A DNA stretch of 19,967 nucleotides from a bacterium. Its GTDB lineage: Bacteria; Zhuqueibacterota; Zhuqueibacteria; Oceanimicrobiales; Oceanimicrobiaceae. Positions 1 through 9,129 of this stretch are shown in pieces; positions within the stretch are counted from its first letter, which is position 1; each line of letters starts with the position of its first letter. The notes under the pieces are model-generated. The model saw only the letters and a list, made by a program, of their open reading frames with translations, searched no databases and was not told the DNA's origin. The position numbers and the translations under genes are program-made. Location of the stretch: positions 1 to 19,967 of the forward strand of contig JBHHXT010000081.1 in assembly GCA_046757165.1 (NCBI GenBank), in the 5' to 3' direction.

Positions 1-113
1 CGGTCGGTTTCTTGCATTCGTCGGTCGGTTTCTTTCCACATCTTGTCGATGCGTTCGTCGGTCTCTTTGAAACCTCGATAGATCAAGTCCTCCAATTTCT
101 TCAGCGTACTCAT
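1..113 (-). CDS. 5' fragment (runs off the window edge) of a coiled-coil protein with ETDR heptad repeats, DUF3782-like
   Basis: Not in the ORF track. Manual translation from ATG at 113 gives MSTLKKLEDLIYRGFKETDERIDKMWKETDRRMQETDR. SD GGGGAG lies just upstream (118-123). A 21-nt DNA repeat is present (cggtcggtttctt at 1-13 and 22-34). Confidence 0.8.
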   Translation of the reverse strand, partial: MSTLKKLEDLIYRGFKETDERIDKMWKETDRRMQETD

Positions 114-167
114 AATACTCCCCGTCTAAGGATAGTAACAAAAGGGTTTCTTTTTAACCACCTAAGC

Positions 168-254
168 GCGGCGAAGCCGCAAAGCTCAACCCGTAACCGC
201 GAATGCACGCGAATGACAAAATTAGGGTGAAAGATAATTAGCGTGCATTTTGCG
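168..254. repeat. REP/MITE-like palindromic intergenic element
   Basis: Hairpin GCGGC-GAA-GCCGC (168-180), then an imperfect inverted repeat ccgcgaatgcacgcgaat (197-214) / attagcgtgcattttgcg (237-254). Confidence 0.55.
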
Positions 255-378
255 TTTTTGTGCAAAACTTCATTGGCAATACCATAAAATAGGAGCTCAC
301 CTGGTGAAAATCAAGCAAAACGTCTTATTTTATCGCACCGGGCTTTCCTATGATTCTTCCGATTCTTCGCAGCAGGCC

Positions 379-468
379 GACTTGCCCAAGGTGGCAGGTT
401 TCGTGAAAATGCAAAAAGGCGAGTCTCCGGCCCACAGTCTCATTTTCATCGGCAAGTTGGGCAAAGTC
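379..468. repeat. Long imperfect inverted repeat / nested stem-loop
   Basis: gacttgcccaa (379-389) pairs with ttgggcaaagtc (457-468) with one bulge. Inner tgaaaatg (404-411) pairs with cattttca (441-448). Confidence 0.5.
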
Positions 469-617
469 CTCATCGCTCATCCGTCCGAGCGCCGATTGAA
501 TCGTTTCCTGCGATTGGTTGCCAAGAATATGGCTTGTTTTTGAGCAAAATCTTTCTTAGCTTCTTCCCTATGTACCATCGCAGGTGGAAGCTCCAGTTCC
601 GGAGGAAAAGGAACCCC

Positions 618-2234
618 ATGTTCTGTAATCGCGTTCTGGTGAGCACGATGGCGACGTTCTTTGTCGCAGCGCATCTTTTCGCATTTTCCCCTCCCAAGGG
701 TGCCAAAAAGCCGGCGTTTGACTTCAATTCTGCGCGCATTCCCATGCTTTCGATCACGTTGCAAGAGTCACAGTTTCATGTCAACGTGCTGGCTTCAGAG
801 GAGTTTCAAGGCAGAAGAACAGGTACGCCCGGGCAATGGTTGGCGGCCAAGTATATTGCGGAGGAGTTTTCCAGCTATGGTCTGGTGCCTGCAGGCGACA
901 ACGGGACGTTCTACCAGAACTTTGGAATCGCACACATCGATCTCGCCCACGCCGCGATGTGGCTGGAGAGCAACAGCAGACAGCCTGGCGAAAAAATGGA
1001 GTTCTCGCTAAAAGACGATTTCATTCCCATGAGTTTCACAGGTGAGTACAACGTTGCAGCCGAAGTCGTGTTTGCAGGCTATGGTATCACGGCGCCAGAA
1101 TATGGGTATGATGACTACGCAGCCATCGATGTGCGTGGCAAGATTGTTTTCGTCTTGCGTCACGAGCCGCGTGAATATGATCCAACCAGCATTTTTGATG
1201 GCAGGAACGAAACCAGACACGCCAGACCGGACGTCAAAGCGGAAAACGCCATCAAGCATGGCGCCATTGCCATGCTATTGGTCACCGATCCAGCGAGGAA
1301 CCATGGTTCCATGGCACCACGGGGCTATTGGCCCTCACTGCACAGTCGGGGGGGCAGGCTGCCCAGGCGCTGGGAGTTGGATAGTGAGCCCGTGAACAAG
1401 CATTTCCAGGTTATCTGGATTGGCGCCACGGTGGCCAAAGCAATTTTGCGGCATACAGGCTTTTCTTTGCTGACCTTGCAAACCAATATCGACAAAACCC
1501 TCCGACCACAAAGTTTCCAGATCTATGGTCCGAGGGTGCACCTCGAGACCAGGTTGGACAAGGACGTGCACAGTACTCAAAACGTCGTGGGGTTTCTACG
1601 AGGGGCTGACCCTGATCGGCACGATGAAGTAGTGGTTATCGGCGCTCACTATGACCACATTGGCATGCAAAATGGACTGATTCATCCTGGCGCCGACGAC
1701 AACGCCTCTGGAACAGCGGGGCTGCTCGAGATCGCCGAGGCCTTTACGGAAACGCCGGTTCGGCCGCGACGCAGCGTTCTCTTCATCGCCTTCTCTGCTG
1801 AAGAGCTGGGGTTGCTTGGCTCACAATACTACGTGGAGCATGCCGTCATGCCTTTGGAGAGAACGGCGACGATGGTCAATCTCGATATGATAGGCCGCAA
1901 CCATGCCAATCGAGTTACAATTGTTGGTGGAAGGCGCAGTCCCGAGTTGTACGAGTTGAACCTTGCCGCAAACGAGGAGGTCGGACTCAACTTGTTTTAT
2001 GATGGTGAAAAGTACTTCAACCGCAGTGATCAGGCGAATTTTGCCAAATACAACATTCCTGTTATCTTCTATAATACTAAGGTGCACGAGGATTACCACC
2101 GCCCGACGGACAGTGCTGAAAAGATCAATCCGGAGAAATTGGCCCGGGTGGCGAGATTGGCTTTCTTGGTGTCGTGGAAAGTGGCCAACCTGGATGTCTG
2201 GCCCACCTATCGGCCCTTTGACCTCCGTCATTGA
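618..2234 (+). CDS. Secreted M28-family zinc aminopeptidase with PA domain insert
   Basis: Motifs GRRTGTPG, VFAGYGI..DDY..DVRGKIV (PA domain), GAHYDHIG, GADDNASG, AEELGLLGS, NLDMIGR, YHRPTD. Start moved to ATG 618 (after ggaggaaaagga, followed by a signal-peptide-like stretch); the ORF track start at 534 is probably too long. Confidence 0.92.
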   Translation: MFCNRVLVSTMATFFVAAHLFAFSPPKGAKKPAFDFNSARIPMLSITLQESQFHVNVLASEEFQGRRTGTPGQWLAAKYIAEEFSSYGLVPAGDNGTFYQNFGIAHIDLAHAAMWLESNSRQPGEKMEFSLKDDFIPMSFTGEYNVAAEVVFAGYGITAPEYGYDDYAAIDVRGKIVFVLRHEPREYDPTSIFDGRNETRHARPDVKAENAIKHGAIAMLLVTDPARNHGSMAPRGYWPSLHSRGGRLPRRWELDSEPVNKHFQVIWIGATVAKAILRHTGFSLLTLQTNIDKTLRPQSFQIYGPRVHLETRLDKDVHSTQNVVGFLRGADPDRHDEVVVIGAHYDHIGMQNGLIHPGADDNASGTAGLLEIAEAFTETPVRPRRSVLFIAFSAEELGLLGSQYYVEHAVMPLERTATMVNLDMIGRNHANRVTIVGGRRSPELYELNLAANEEVGLNLFYDGEKYFNRSDQANFAKYNIPVIFYNTKVHEDYHRPTDSAEKINPEKLARVARLAFLVSWKVANLDVWPTYRPFDLRH

Positions 2235-2315
2235 CGCTCGGCTGACTCGAGTTTTGCCCTACCGTCGGCTAATCTAGCAGCAACATGTTTCGGGAAAAGT
2301 AAACGGAACCAACGC

Positions 2316-3314
2316 ATGGAATTATTGCAATGGGTGATGCCCTGGATGATGGAATTGCCACAATGGACTCTGGCCTGGGTGGTTGCGCTTTTCCTGGTCG
2401 GCCTTGTGTTTCTGTTCAGCGGCGGGCACATGCTCGTCGATGGCAGCTCGAAATTGGCGAGAACTCTCGGAATCAACTCAATGATCATTGGGTTGACTGT
2501 GGTAGCGCTCGGAACTTCCATGCCGGAGTTTCTCGTCAGCCTGGTTGCTGCGCTGAGGGGCAACACCGATGTCGCCCTCGGCAACATCATCGGGTCCAAC
2601 GTCTCCAATATCGGTCTGATTCTGGGCCTCTCCGCTTTGGCCCGCCCCATTGCCGTGCAACTGCACCTGCTGAGAATCGAAGTCCCCCTGATGATTGCAA
2701 TTTCGATTTATTTCTGGGTCATCTGCGCGACGGGTCTTGAACTTAGCCGTCTGGATGGTCTTTCGCTCGCCCTTGGCTTTATCGGCTATCTCGTGGTCGT
2801 CATTGCTGGCGCCAGGAAAGGCTCACGCGTTCATGATGAGAAGTTTGCCCCACTTCGCGCCAGGAAGTGGCCAATTGCCAGGGATGTTATTTTCATCCTG
2901 CTCGGAATTTTGGGGCTGAGCTATGGCGCCACGTGGGTTGTCAACTCTGCGGTTGAAATCAGCCACCGGGTGGGGGTCTCGGAGCTGGTCCTTGGCCTGA
3001 CCGTCGTCGCCCTCGGCACCTCTTTGCCCGAGCTGGCGACGTCTGTGGTAGCGGCGATCAAAAAGGAAGGGGACATCAGCCTGGGCAATATCATCGGCTC
3101 CAATATCTTTAACATGATGGCCGTTGCCGGCCCGAGCGCCCTGGTCCACCCCCTGCCCGTTTCCGAGGAGCTGCGCCGCAATCAGCTCCCCGTTATGGTG
3201 GCGCTGACCGTGATTCTGCTGCCCTTGCTCAGGACCGGACGGAAGATCTCCAGACTGGAAGGGGCGTTTTTGCTGGTTAGCTATTGCATCATTGTCGTCT
3301 GGTGGACGCTCTGA
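2316..3314 (+). CDS. yrbG: Ca2+/cation (CaCA family) antiporter, YrbG-like
   Basis: Two alpha repeats, GTSMPE...GNIIGSN and GTSLPE...GNIIGSN, with many hydrophobic segments. True start could be 2316, 2346 or 2349. Confidence 0.92.
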   Translation: MELLQWVMPWMMELPQWTLAWVVALFLVGLVFLFSGGHMLVDGSSKLARTLGINSMIIGLTVVALGTSMPEFLVSLVAALRGNTDVALGNIIGSNVSNIGLILGLSALARPIAVQLHLLRIEVPLMIAISIYFWVICATGLELSRLDGLSLALGFIGYLVVVIAGARKGSRVHDEKFAPLRARKWPIARDVIFILLGILGLSYGATWVVNSAVEISHRVGVSELVLGLTVVALGTSLPELATSVVAAIKKEGDISLGNIIGSNIFNMMAVAGPSALVHPLPVSEELRRNQLPVMVALTVILLPLLRTGRKISRLEGAFLLVSYCIIVVWWTL

Positions 3315-3606
3315 AGTCGTCCTTCGTTGCAAGATTGGTTTATTAAGCTCAAGCACCATGAATTCAAGGAAGTACCCGTTGGAAATGATGACCAAAGTGA
3401 TCTTCAATCCGGTCGCAGACCCGGATTCCTCTGCCGGATCCCAGGGGAGACCTGTTGCCGGAACAAATCGTCAACTGAGTCGTTTACTGCAAATGGTCGA
3501 TTTTCGGGTGTCGCGTTTGGTTACCACCTTGCAGCGGGATCGGGATTGACCCGGGCCCGGGCAGGATAGTTGCCAGGCGAAGTTGCATTTGGAAAGGAGG
3601 CAGATC

Positions 3607-4161
3607 GTGACGCGTCAAGAGGCGTGGGAATTAGTGACGGAATACACGAAATCGGAGAATCTGCGCAAGCACATGCTGGCGGTGGAAGCGGCCATGCGCT
3701 TCTATGCCCGAAAATATGGCAGCGACGAGGAAACGTGGGCCATTGTGGGCCTGCTGCACGATTTTGATTATGAGCAGCATCCTTCCAAAGAGGAACATCC
3801 TTTTGTGGGGGTGGAAATCCTGAAGGAGAAAGGCACCCCCGAGAAGATCACACGGGCGATTCTCTCCCATGCCGACTACACCGGGGTTGCGCCGGAAAGC
3901 GACATGGAGAAATCTCTGTATGCGGTCGATGAGCTTACCGGCTTTATCACGGCGGTGGCGCTCGTCCGCCCCTCGAAGAGCGTCATGGATGTCACGGTGA
4001 AATCTGTCAAGAAGAAAATGAAATCCAAAGCTTTTGCGGCCAATGTCAGCCGCGAGGACATCCAGAAAGGCGCTGATTTGCTTGGCCTGACCCTGGAGGA
4101 ACATATCGGCAATGTGATCGAAGCCATGCAGTCCGTCGCACCTGAACTGGGATTGGCGTGA
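3607..4161 (+). CDS. HD/HDIG-superfamily metal-dependent phosphohydrolase
   Basis: RKHMLAVE...GLLHDFDYE...EHP...AILSH...DELTG...RP...KSVKKKMK.KAFA..V.R. GTG start at 3607 follows a strong SD aaaggagg. Confidence 0.9.
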   Translation: MTRQEAWELVTEYTKSENLRKHMLAVEAAMRFYARKYGSDEETWAIVGLLHDFDYEQHPSKEEHPFVGVEILKEKGTPEKITRAILSHADYTGVAPESDMEKSLYAVDELTGFITAVALVRPSKSVMDVTVKSVKKKMKSKAFAANVSREDIQKGADLLGLTLEEHIGNVIEAMQSVAPELGLA

Positions 4162-4205
4162 AGCCGTGTGCCACTCAACCCACAACCTTTTGCTGAATTG
4201 ACGAA

Positions 4206-5264
4206 ATGGAGTCTCCTGCCAAAATTCGCGCCGGCTTCATCGGTATCGCGTTGACTTTTTTTCTGCTCATGCAATTGCTGGCACAATATCCCACCTTTGT
4301 TGAGCGGTACTATTCCAACGGCCTCTATCCGGTCCTGACGTTGTTTATTTCAGGCGTGACCAACCAATTTCCATTTTCCATTTCAGAAGTCGTACTGTGG
4401 TTTGCGCTTCTGGTGGTCTTGCCGGTGTTGGCAAGGCGGTTGTTCAAGAGAAAAATGTCGATCGTGAGATTCTTTCTGAATTTGGCCACGACTATTTCGA
4501 TTGTCGTGGTGTGGTTCTACGTGTGCTGGGGCATCAACTACCTGAGAGTGCCGTTGATCACAACTTTGAAGCTGGACCGCGTGGCACTCGAGATCGATGC
4601 CTTTGATTCCACCTGTGTTGAGATCATTCAAAACGCCAATGAGCTCAACCTGTCCTACTCTATCAAAGACCTCGCTGAAATAAACGAAATCGTTGAAAGC
4701 TCTTATGTTGAAGTACTCGAGGAGTTAGGATTGAAAAAAATGCCCGGCCCCAAGGTTCTGAAGGAATTTGCTGGCAACTGGCTTCTGAATATCACCACAA
4801 CGAGCGGCTGGTTTAGTCCGTTTTTTCATGAAGTTCATTTCAACAACGATCTCCTCATTATTGAGATTCCGTTTGTTATTGCCCATGAGAAGGCACACCA
4901 GATGGGGTACACCAACGAGGCAGAGTGTAATTTCCTCGCTTATCTGGTTTGTTTGAACGCCTCAGACCCGCTCGTGCAGTACAGTGGCTATTTCAATGTC
5001 CTGGGTTACTTTCTGCAACATCTCAAAGAGAACCAGGAGAAGAGAGAACAATTCGTGCAGTCGATCAAAGAGGGCGTAAAGCTCGACCTGGCGGCCGTCC
5101 GCGAACGGTGGAAAAGCCACAGGGGGTGGGTGTCAAGTCTCTCAGACAAGAGCTACGATTTGTATTTAAAGGCCAATCAGGTGAAGGAAGGTCGACAAAA
5201 CTACGCACGTGTCGTTGACCTGATTGTAAAATATAACGAGAAGATAAGTCAGATGGAAGGGTAG
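4206..5264 (+). CDS. DUF3810-family membrane protein, putative zinc metalloprotease
   Basis: VERYYS.G.YP, FPFSISE, WGINY.R, PFFHE, HEKAHQMG...EAECNF (HExxH plus downstream E), YDLYLKAN; three N-terminal hydrophobic segments. Confidence 0.85.
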   Translation: MESPAKIRAGFIGIALTFFLLMQLLAQYPTFVERYYSNGLYPVLTLFISGVTNQFPFSISEVVLWFALLVVLPVLARRLFKRKMSIVRFFLNLATTISIVVVWFYVCWGINYLRVPLITTLKLDRVALEIDAFDSTCVEIIQNANELNLSYSIKDLAEINEIVESSYVEVLEELGLKKMPGPKVLKEFAGNWLLNITTTSGWFSPFFHEVHFNNDLLIIEIPFVIAHEKAHQMGYTNEAECNFLAYLVCLNASDPLVQYSGYFNVLGYFLQHLKENQEKREQFVQSIKEGVKLDLAAVRERWKSHRGWVSSLSDKSYDLYLKANQVKEGRQNYARVVDLIVKYNEKISQMEG

Positions 5265-5284
5265 GATGGGGCGCTCGGGAGGTT

Positions 5285-7762
5285 TCATAACATCGACGCA
5301 GGGTCCACATCCACGGTCATTCGCACCCCGGCTGATTTGAATTCTTTCCTGAACCATTCCGCTGTTTGCTCCACCACCTGGCGGCTCTCCTTGCCGCCAG
5401 GGTCGAGATTTCTGTCTGCCTTGATAAAGATTTGATACCGGTAGAGGTCCTGAATCTTGCTGATCGGCGAAGGCGACGGCCCGAGCACGAGGAATCTGCC
5501 CTGAAGGGTCTCGAGTTTGCGGGCGAAGCTATCCGCCGCCAGCCTGACTCTCGGCTCTTCCTCCCCTTTGAAGTGCACACAAACGATTCTGCTGAATGGC
5601 GGGTAGTTCAATTCGCGGCGTTCCAGGATTTCTGCGTTGTAGAACTTATGGAAATCATGCCTCTGAGCACAAGACAGGCAGAAGCTATCGGGCATGTACG
5701 TCTGAATGATGACTTCACCCGCCAGGTCCTTCCTGCCAGCTCGGCCGGCAACTTGCGTCAACAGTTGAAAGGTTCGTTCCGCGGCGCGAAAATCCGGAAA
5801 CATCATGCCGATATCAGCGTTGATGACGCCGACAAGTGTCACTTTGCGGAAATCCAATCCCTTTGCCACCATTTGTGTGCCGAGCAGAATATCGTACTTG
5901 CCATCGCCAAAGTCCTTCAGAATGCGATTGTGGGACCACTTCTTGCCGGTCGTATCGAGATCCATACGCACGCTTCTGGCCTGCGGAAATCGAAGCTCGA
6001 GCTCTTCCTCGACCTGCTGCGTCCCCAGGCCGCGGAAGATGATGTCCGGGCTCAGGCAGTTTGGGCACATTTCCGGCGCCCGCTTGTTGGAGCCGCAATA
6101 GTGGCAGCGCAAACGGCGACCCTGCAGGTGGTAGGTCAGCGTAATATTGCAGTGCTTGCACTCCTCGATGAAGTCACACTCCCGGCACTTGATGAAACTT
6201 GAAAATCCGCGTCGATTGAGGAGCAAAATAATCTGCTCTTGCAGAACGACCTTTTCTTCGATTTTCCTGGCGAGCAGGCGGGAAAAAACAGGCTCACGCC
6301 GGCTGCCGGACATTCGTCTTTCTTTTTGCATATCAAGAATGTGGACTGTCGGCAGCGCCACATCGCTCACTCTGCGTTTCAGCTCGAGCAGCGCGTATTT
6401 GTTGTTGCAGGCATTGTAGAAAGATTCGGCGGCAGGGGTTGCAGAGCCGAGTACGACGACGGCGTTCGCAAACTTTGCGCGCACCACCGCCACATCTCGG
6501 GCATGGTAGCGCGGGGCTGCATCACTCTGCTTGTAGGTGGTCTCGTGCTCTTCATCCACGACGACGAGACCCAGATTCCTGACCGGTGCAAAAACTGCTG
6601 AACGCGCCCCGATGGCCACTCGGGCTTTGCCTTCCTGGAGCCTGCGCCAGGAGTCTAAGCGCTCGCCGTCTGACATGGCGCTGTGCAAGACCGCTACCTG
6701 ATCCTCGAAATGTGCCCGGAAGCGTTGCACGGTTTGCGGGGTCAATGAAATCTCGGGGACCAGCACGATGGCGTCCTGGCCATGTGCCAGCGTGCGCTTG
6801 ATCGCTTCGATATACACCTGGGTCTTGCCACTGCCGGTAACGCCGAAGAGCAGAAAGGTCTCGAACCGCCTGGCATCAAGGGGAGCGGTAATCCTTTGCA
6901 AGGCACGTTGCTGCTCCGAGGTAAGTACCAGGTCTGGCGGGGGCTCGATGTCGATGGCGCCGTAATAATCCCGCGAGATCACTTCCTCGCTAATTCTGAT
7001 CCAATTTTTGCGACTCAGGGCTTTGAGCGTTTGCAGCGAAGCGCCGGTTTGCTGCATGAGGTCACGCTGAGCCACCTGGGTGCGCCGTTCAAGTAAGAAG
7101 GCGAGACACGCTGCCTGGGCAGGCGCCGTTTTTGCCAAATCTCGAACCCTCGCTTCAGATGTGCGAGTCTCCGGAACCAATTCAACATACTTTTCAACTC
7201 TCGGCTTCACCCTGGCGTTGGGAAAAACATGTCTGACTCGAATCATGCCCCTCTGCTGCAGGAGACTGAGACTGGAAGTCAAACTGCTCACGCCCAACCG
7301 CTTTCTTAGATTCTGGATAGAACTTCGCCCGTTCTGCAACAAGAGCCGCAAGATTTCAGCTTGTCTGGGAGCGCTTCTGGCGATGTTGATGGCTTCCAGC
7401 TCAGCCCAATCGTTGGCGATTTCGACGACTTGCTTTGATACCTGCAAAAGCCCTGCCGGGATGGCTGCTTTGATCGCCTCCCCCACTGAGGCCAGGTAGT
7501 AATCAGCGAGCCATTGCGCCAGAGAAAGGATTTCTTTGGAGACCAGAGGCTCGACATCCAGCACATCCTGGATGGGTTTCACGCGCTCGAGGTGGGTTTG
7601 CTTCGACAGGGCCGTCACCAGGCCTGTCATTTTCCTGGGGCCAAATGGCGCGACCACACGGCATCCTATGCCGACACCACCCTGCATCTCTGGCGGAATG
7701 GCATAGGTAAAGGCCTGGTTGAGCGAAAGCGGAAAAACAACATCAACGTATTTCGCGGACAT
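5285..7762 (-). CDS. priA: Primosomal protein N' (replication restart helicase)
   Basis: Walker A GVTGSGKT, LVPEISLTPQ, DEEHE, GSATP, four CxxC pairs, GTQMVAKGLDF, QVAGRAGR, C-terminal DVDP. Start placed at ATG 7762 (MSAKYVDVVFP); the ORF-track extension to 7942 is not PriA-like. Confidence 0.97.
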   Translation of the reverse strand: MSAKYVDVVFPLSLNQAFTYAIPPEMQGGVGIGCRVVAPFGPRKMTGLVTALSKQTHLERVKPIQDVLDVEPLVSKEILSLAQWLADYYLASVGEAIKAAIPAGLLQVSKQVVEIANDWAELEAINIARSAPRQAEILRLLLQNGRSSIQNLRKRLGVSSLTSSLSLLQQRGMIRVRHVFPNARVKPRVEKYVELVPETRTSEARVRDLAKTAPAQAACLAFLLERRTQVAQRDLMQQTGASLQTLKALSRKNWIRISEEVISRDYYGAIDIEPPPDLVLTSEQQRALQRITAPLDARRFETFLLFGVTGSGKTQVYIEAIKRTLAHGQDAIVLVPEISLTPQTVQRFRAHFEDQVAVLHSAMSDGERLDSWRRLQEGKARVAIGARSAVFAPVRNLGLVVVDEEHETTYKQSDAAPRYHARDVAVVRAKFANAVVVLGSATPAAESFYNACNNKYALLELKRRVSDVALPTVHILDMQKERRMSGSRREPVFSRLLARKIEEKVVLQEQIILLLNRRGFSSFIKCRECDFIEECKHCNITLTYHLQGRRLRCHYCGSNKRAPEMCPNCLSPDIIFRGLGTQQVEEELELRFPQARSVRMDLDTTGKKWSHNRILKDFGDGKYDILLGTQMVAKGLDFRKVTLVGVINADIGMMFPDFRAAERTFQLLTQVAGRAGRKDLAGEVIIQTYMPDSFCLSCAQRHDFHKFYNAEILERRELNYPPFSRIVCVHFKGEEEPRVRLAADSFARKLETLQGRFLVLGPSPSPISKIQDLYRYQIFIKADRNLDPGGKESRQVVEQTAEWFRKEFKSAGVRMTVDVDPASML

Positions 7763-7940
7763 GGATATGACAGGGTGAAGGTTCAGCTTAACCCGGACAA
7801 GCCGGAAATTCGAAATCTTAAGCTCGAAACTCGAAAAAAAGTGTGCCACAAAAAAGTCTTGCCAAAAAGTGGCGGAAAATAACTCGTCAGGGATTAAAGC
7901 AAGTGTACTAATTAATTCAGAGAGTTGCAAACGCAAAGAC

Positions 7941-7973
7941 AAAAAAATGCCCTTGCATTATCTGCAAGGGCAT
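7941..7973 (-). terminator. Rho-independent terminator of the sigma factor gene
   Basis: Minus strand ATGCCCTTGCA-GATAA-TGCAAGGGCAT (11-bp perfect stem) followed by a T run, about 30 nt after the stop at 8001. Confidence 0.88.
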
Positions 7974-8000
7974 GGAGTCATCTCAACAGCTTGGAGCCGC

Positions 8001-8858
8001 TCAGCCGAGATATTTGCGCAGGGGTTCTAACCTGGAACGGTGGCGCATGCGGCGCAACGCTTTTTCCTTGATCTGACGTACGCGCTCACGGGTGAGCTTG
8101 AAGTGCTCACCAATTTCCTCGAGTGTCAGCGGGCGGTCGCCTTCCAGCCCGAAGTAGAGCCGGATGATCTCCGCTTCGCGTGGCTTGAGCGTCACCAGGA
8201 CTTTGTCGATCTCTTCCTTCAGAGACTCTTGCATGAGCGAATCGTCAGGCGGCGCGTAGCGGTCACTTTCGAGCACGTCAAGAAGATTGTTGCCTTCTTC
8301 TTCTTTGAACGGCTCGTCAAGGGAGAGGTGGCGAGCAGACGTTTTCAGCACGTCGGCGACTTCGTAGTCGGTCATCTCCATGCTGTCGGCAACTTCATGC
8401 ATGCTGGGCTCGCGACCGTACCTCTTTTCCAACTTTTCCAGCACCCGACCTACTTTGTTGATGGCGCCAACCCGGTTCAGGGGCAGGCGGACAACGCGTG
8501 ATTGCTCCGCAAGCGCTTGCAGAATAGACTGGCGAATCCACCACACAGCGTAAGAGATGAACTTGAAGCCACGCGTTTCATCAAACCTTTGGGCCGCCTT
8601 GATCAAACCCAAATTGCCTTCACTGATAAGATCCTGCAACGGCAGCCCCTGGCCCTGGTACTCCTTGGCCACGCTGATGACAAAACGCAGATTTGCTTTG
8701 ACCAGTTTATCTAACGCCTCCGACTCTCCCTTGCGGATTCTGCGCGTGAGTTCTATCTCCTCCTCAGGAGGCAACGGCGAAAACCCGCCGATTTCCTCCA
8801 GGTATTTCTCGATGGATTGCTTCGGCCTGTTTTCAGTTTTCTTTTGCTTTTTTGCCAT
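8001..8858 (-). CDS. rpoD: RNA polymerase sigma-70 factor, RpoD/SigA family, short form lacking region 1.1
   Basis: Region 1.2 YLEEIG..PL..EEE; region 2 ANLRFVISVAK.YQGQG...DLISEGNLGLIKAA.RFD..RGFKFISYAVWWIRQ; region 4 TLEEIG..F.LTRERVRQI. 285 aa. Could be a paralogue rather than the sole primary sigma. Confidence 0.93.
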   Translation of the reverse strand: MAKKQKKTENRPKQSIEKYLEEIGGFSPLPPEEEIELTRRIRKGESEALDKLVKANLRFVISVAKEYQGQGLPLQDLISEGNLGLIKAAQRFDETRGFKFISYAVWWIRQSILQALAEQSRVVRLPLNRVGAINKVGRVLEKLEKRYGREPSMHEVADSMEMTDYEVADVLKTSARHLSLDEPFKEEEGNNLLDVLESDRYAPPDDSLMQESLKEEIDKVLVTLKPREAEIIRLYFGLEGDRPLTLEEIGEHFKLTRERVRQIKEKALRRMRHRSRLEPLRKYLG

Positions 8859-9129
8859 ACGTGTTAATTCAGCACCTCAAAATATTATTATAAGTTACAG
8901 TATTAAAATTAGTTACGCTAATAAATTCGCTTATTATACTCCAAGCAAAATCTTTAGTTTCATATCTAAGAGAGGATCAATCAATAAAATATTGCAATCG
9001 CTAAGTATCAACTCTAGGATCATACCAGCAATTCCACCTCAATGCGTTTTGGACGGATTGAATTTGGTGATAAGCCCCCATCCACCGGGAGTGCATCGGC
9101 GTTGCCGCCGCGGTTTTTTAATAACGCAT

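Noticed and set aside
1..62. CRISPR-like direct repeats
   Set aside because: The period is 21 nt, in frame within a coding sequence, with no unique spacers of CRISPR length and no cas genes.
385..470. c-di-GMP-I (GEMM) riboswitch, suggested by GAAA...GCAAA...CTCCGGCC
   Set aside because: Element order and pairing do not fit; there is no GGCAAA-stem-GAAA-stem-GACGCAAA arrangement and no CTAA receptor.
250..543. 97-aa ORF in the first intergenic gap
   Set aside because: TTG start inside a repeat arm, no SD, no motifs, and it crosses palindromic elements.
5366..6202. Long antisense ORFs (278 aa here; also 2823-3407, 3631-4185, 14375-14995, 16722-17504, 18642-19223)
   Set aside because: They shadow well-supported genes on the opposite strand and show no recognisable motifs.
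7830..7870. Sigma-54 promoter upstream of priA (minus-strand TGGCAC and TGGCAA)
   Set aside because: No TTGC at the -12 position; both motifs are followed by T runs.
7763..7942. 60-aa N-terminal extension of PriA in the ORF track
   Set aside because: TTG start at the terminator edge and low-complexity Phe-rich translation of intergenic DNA; PriA similarity begins at MSAKYVDV.
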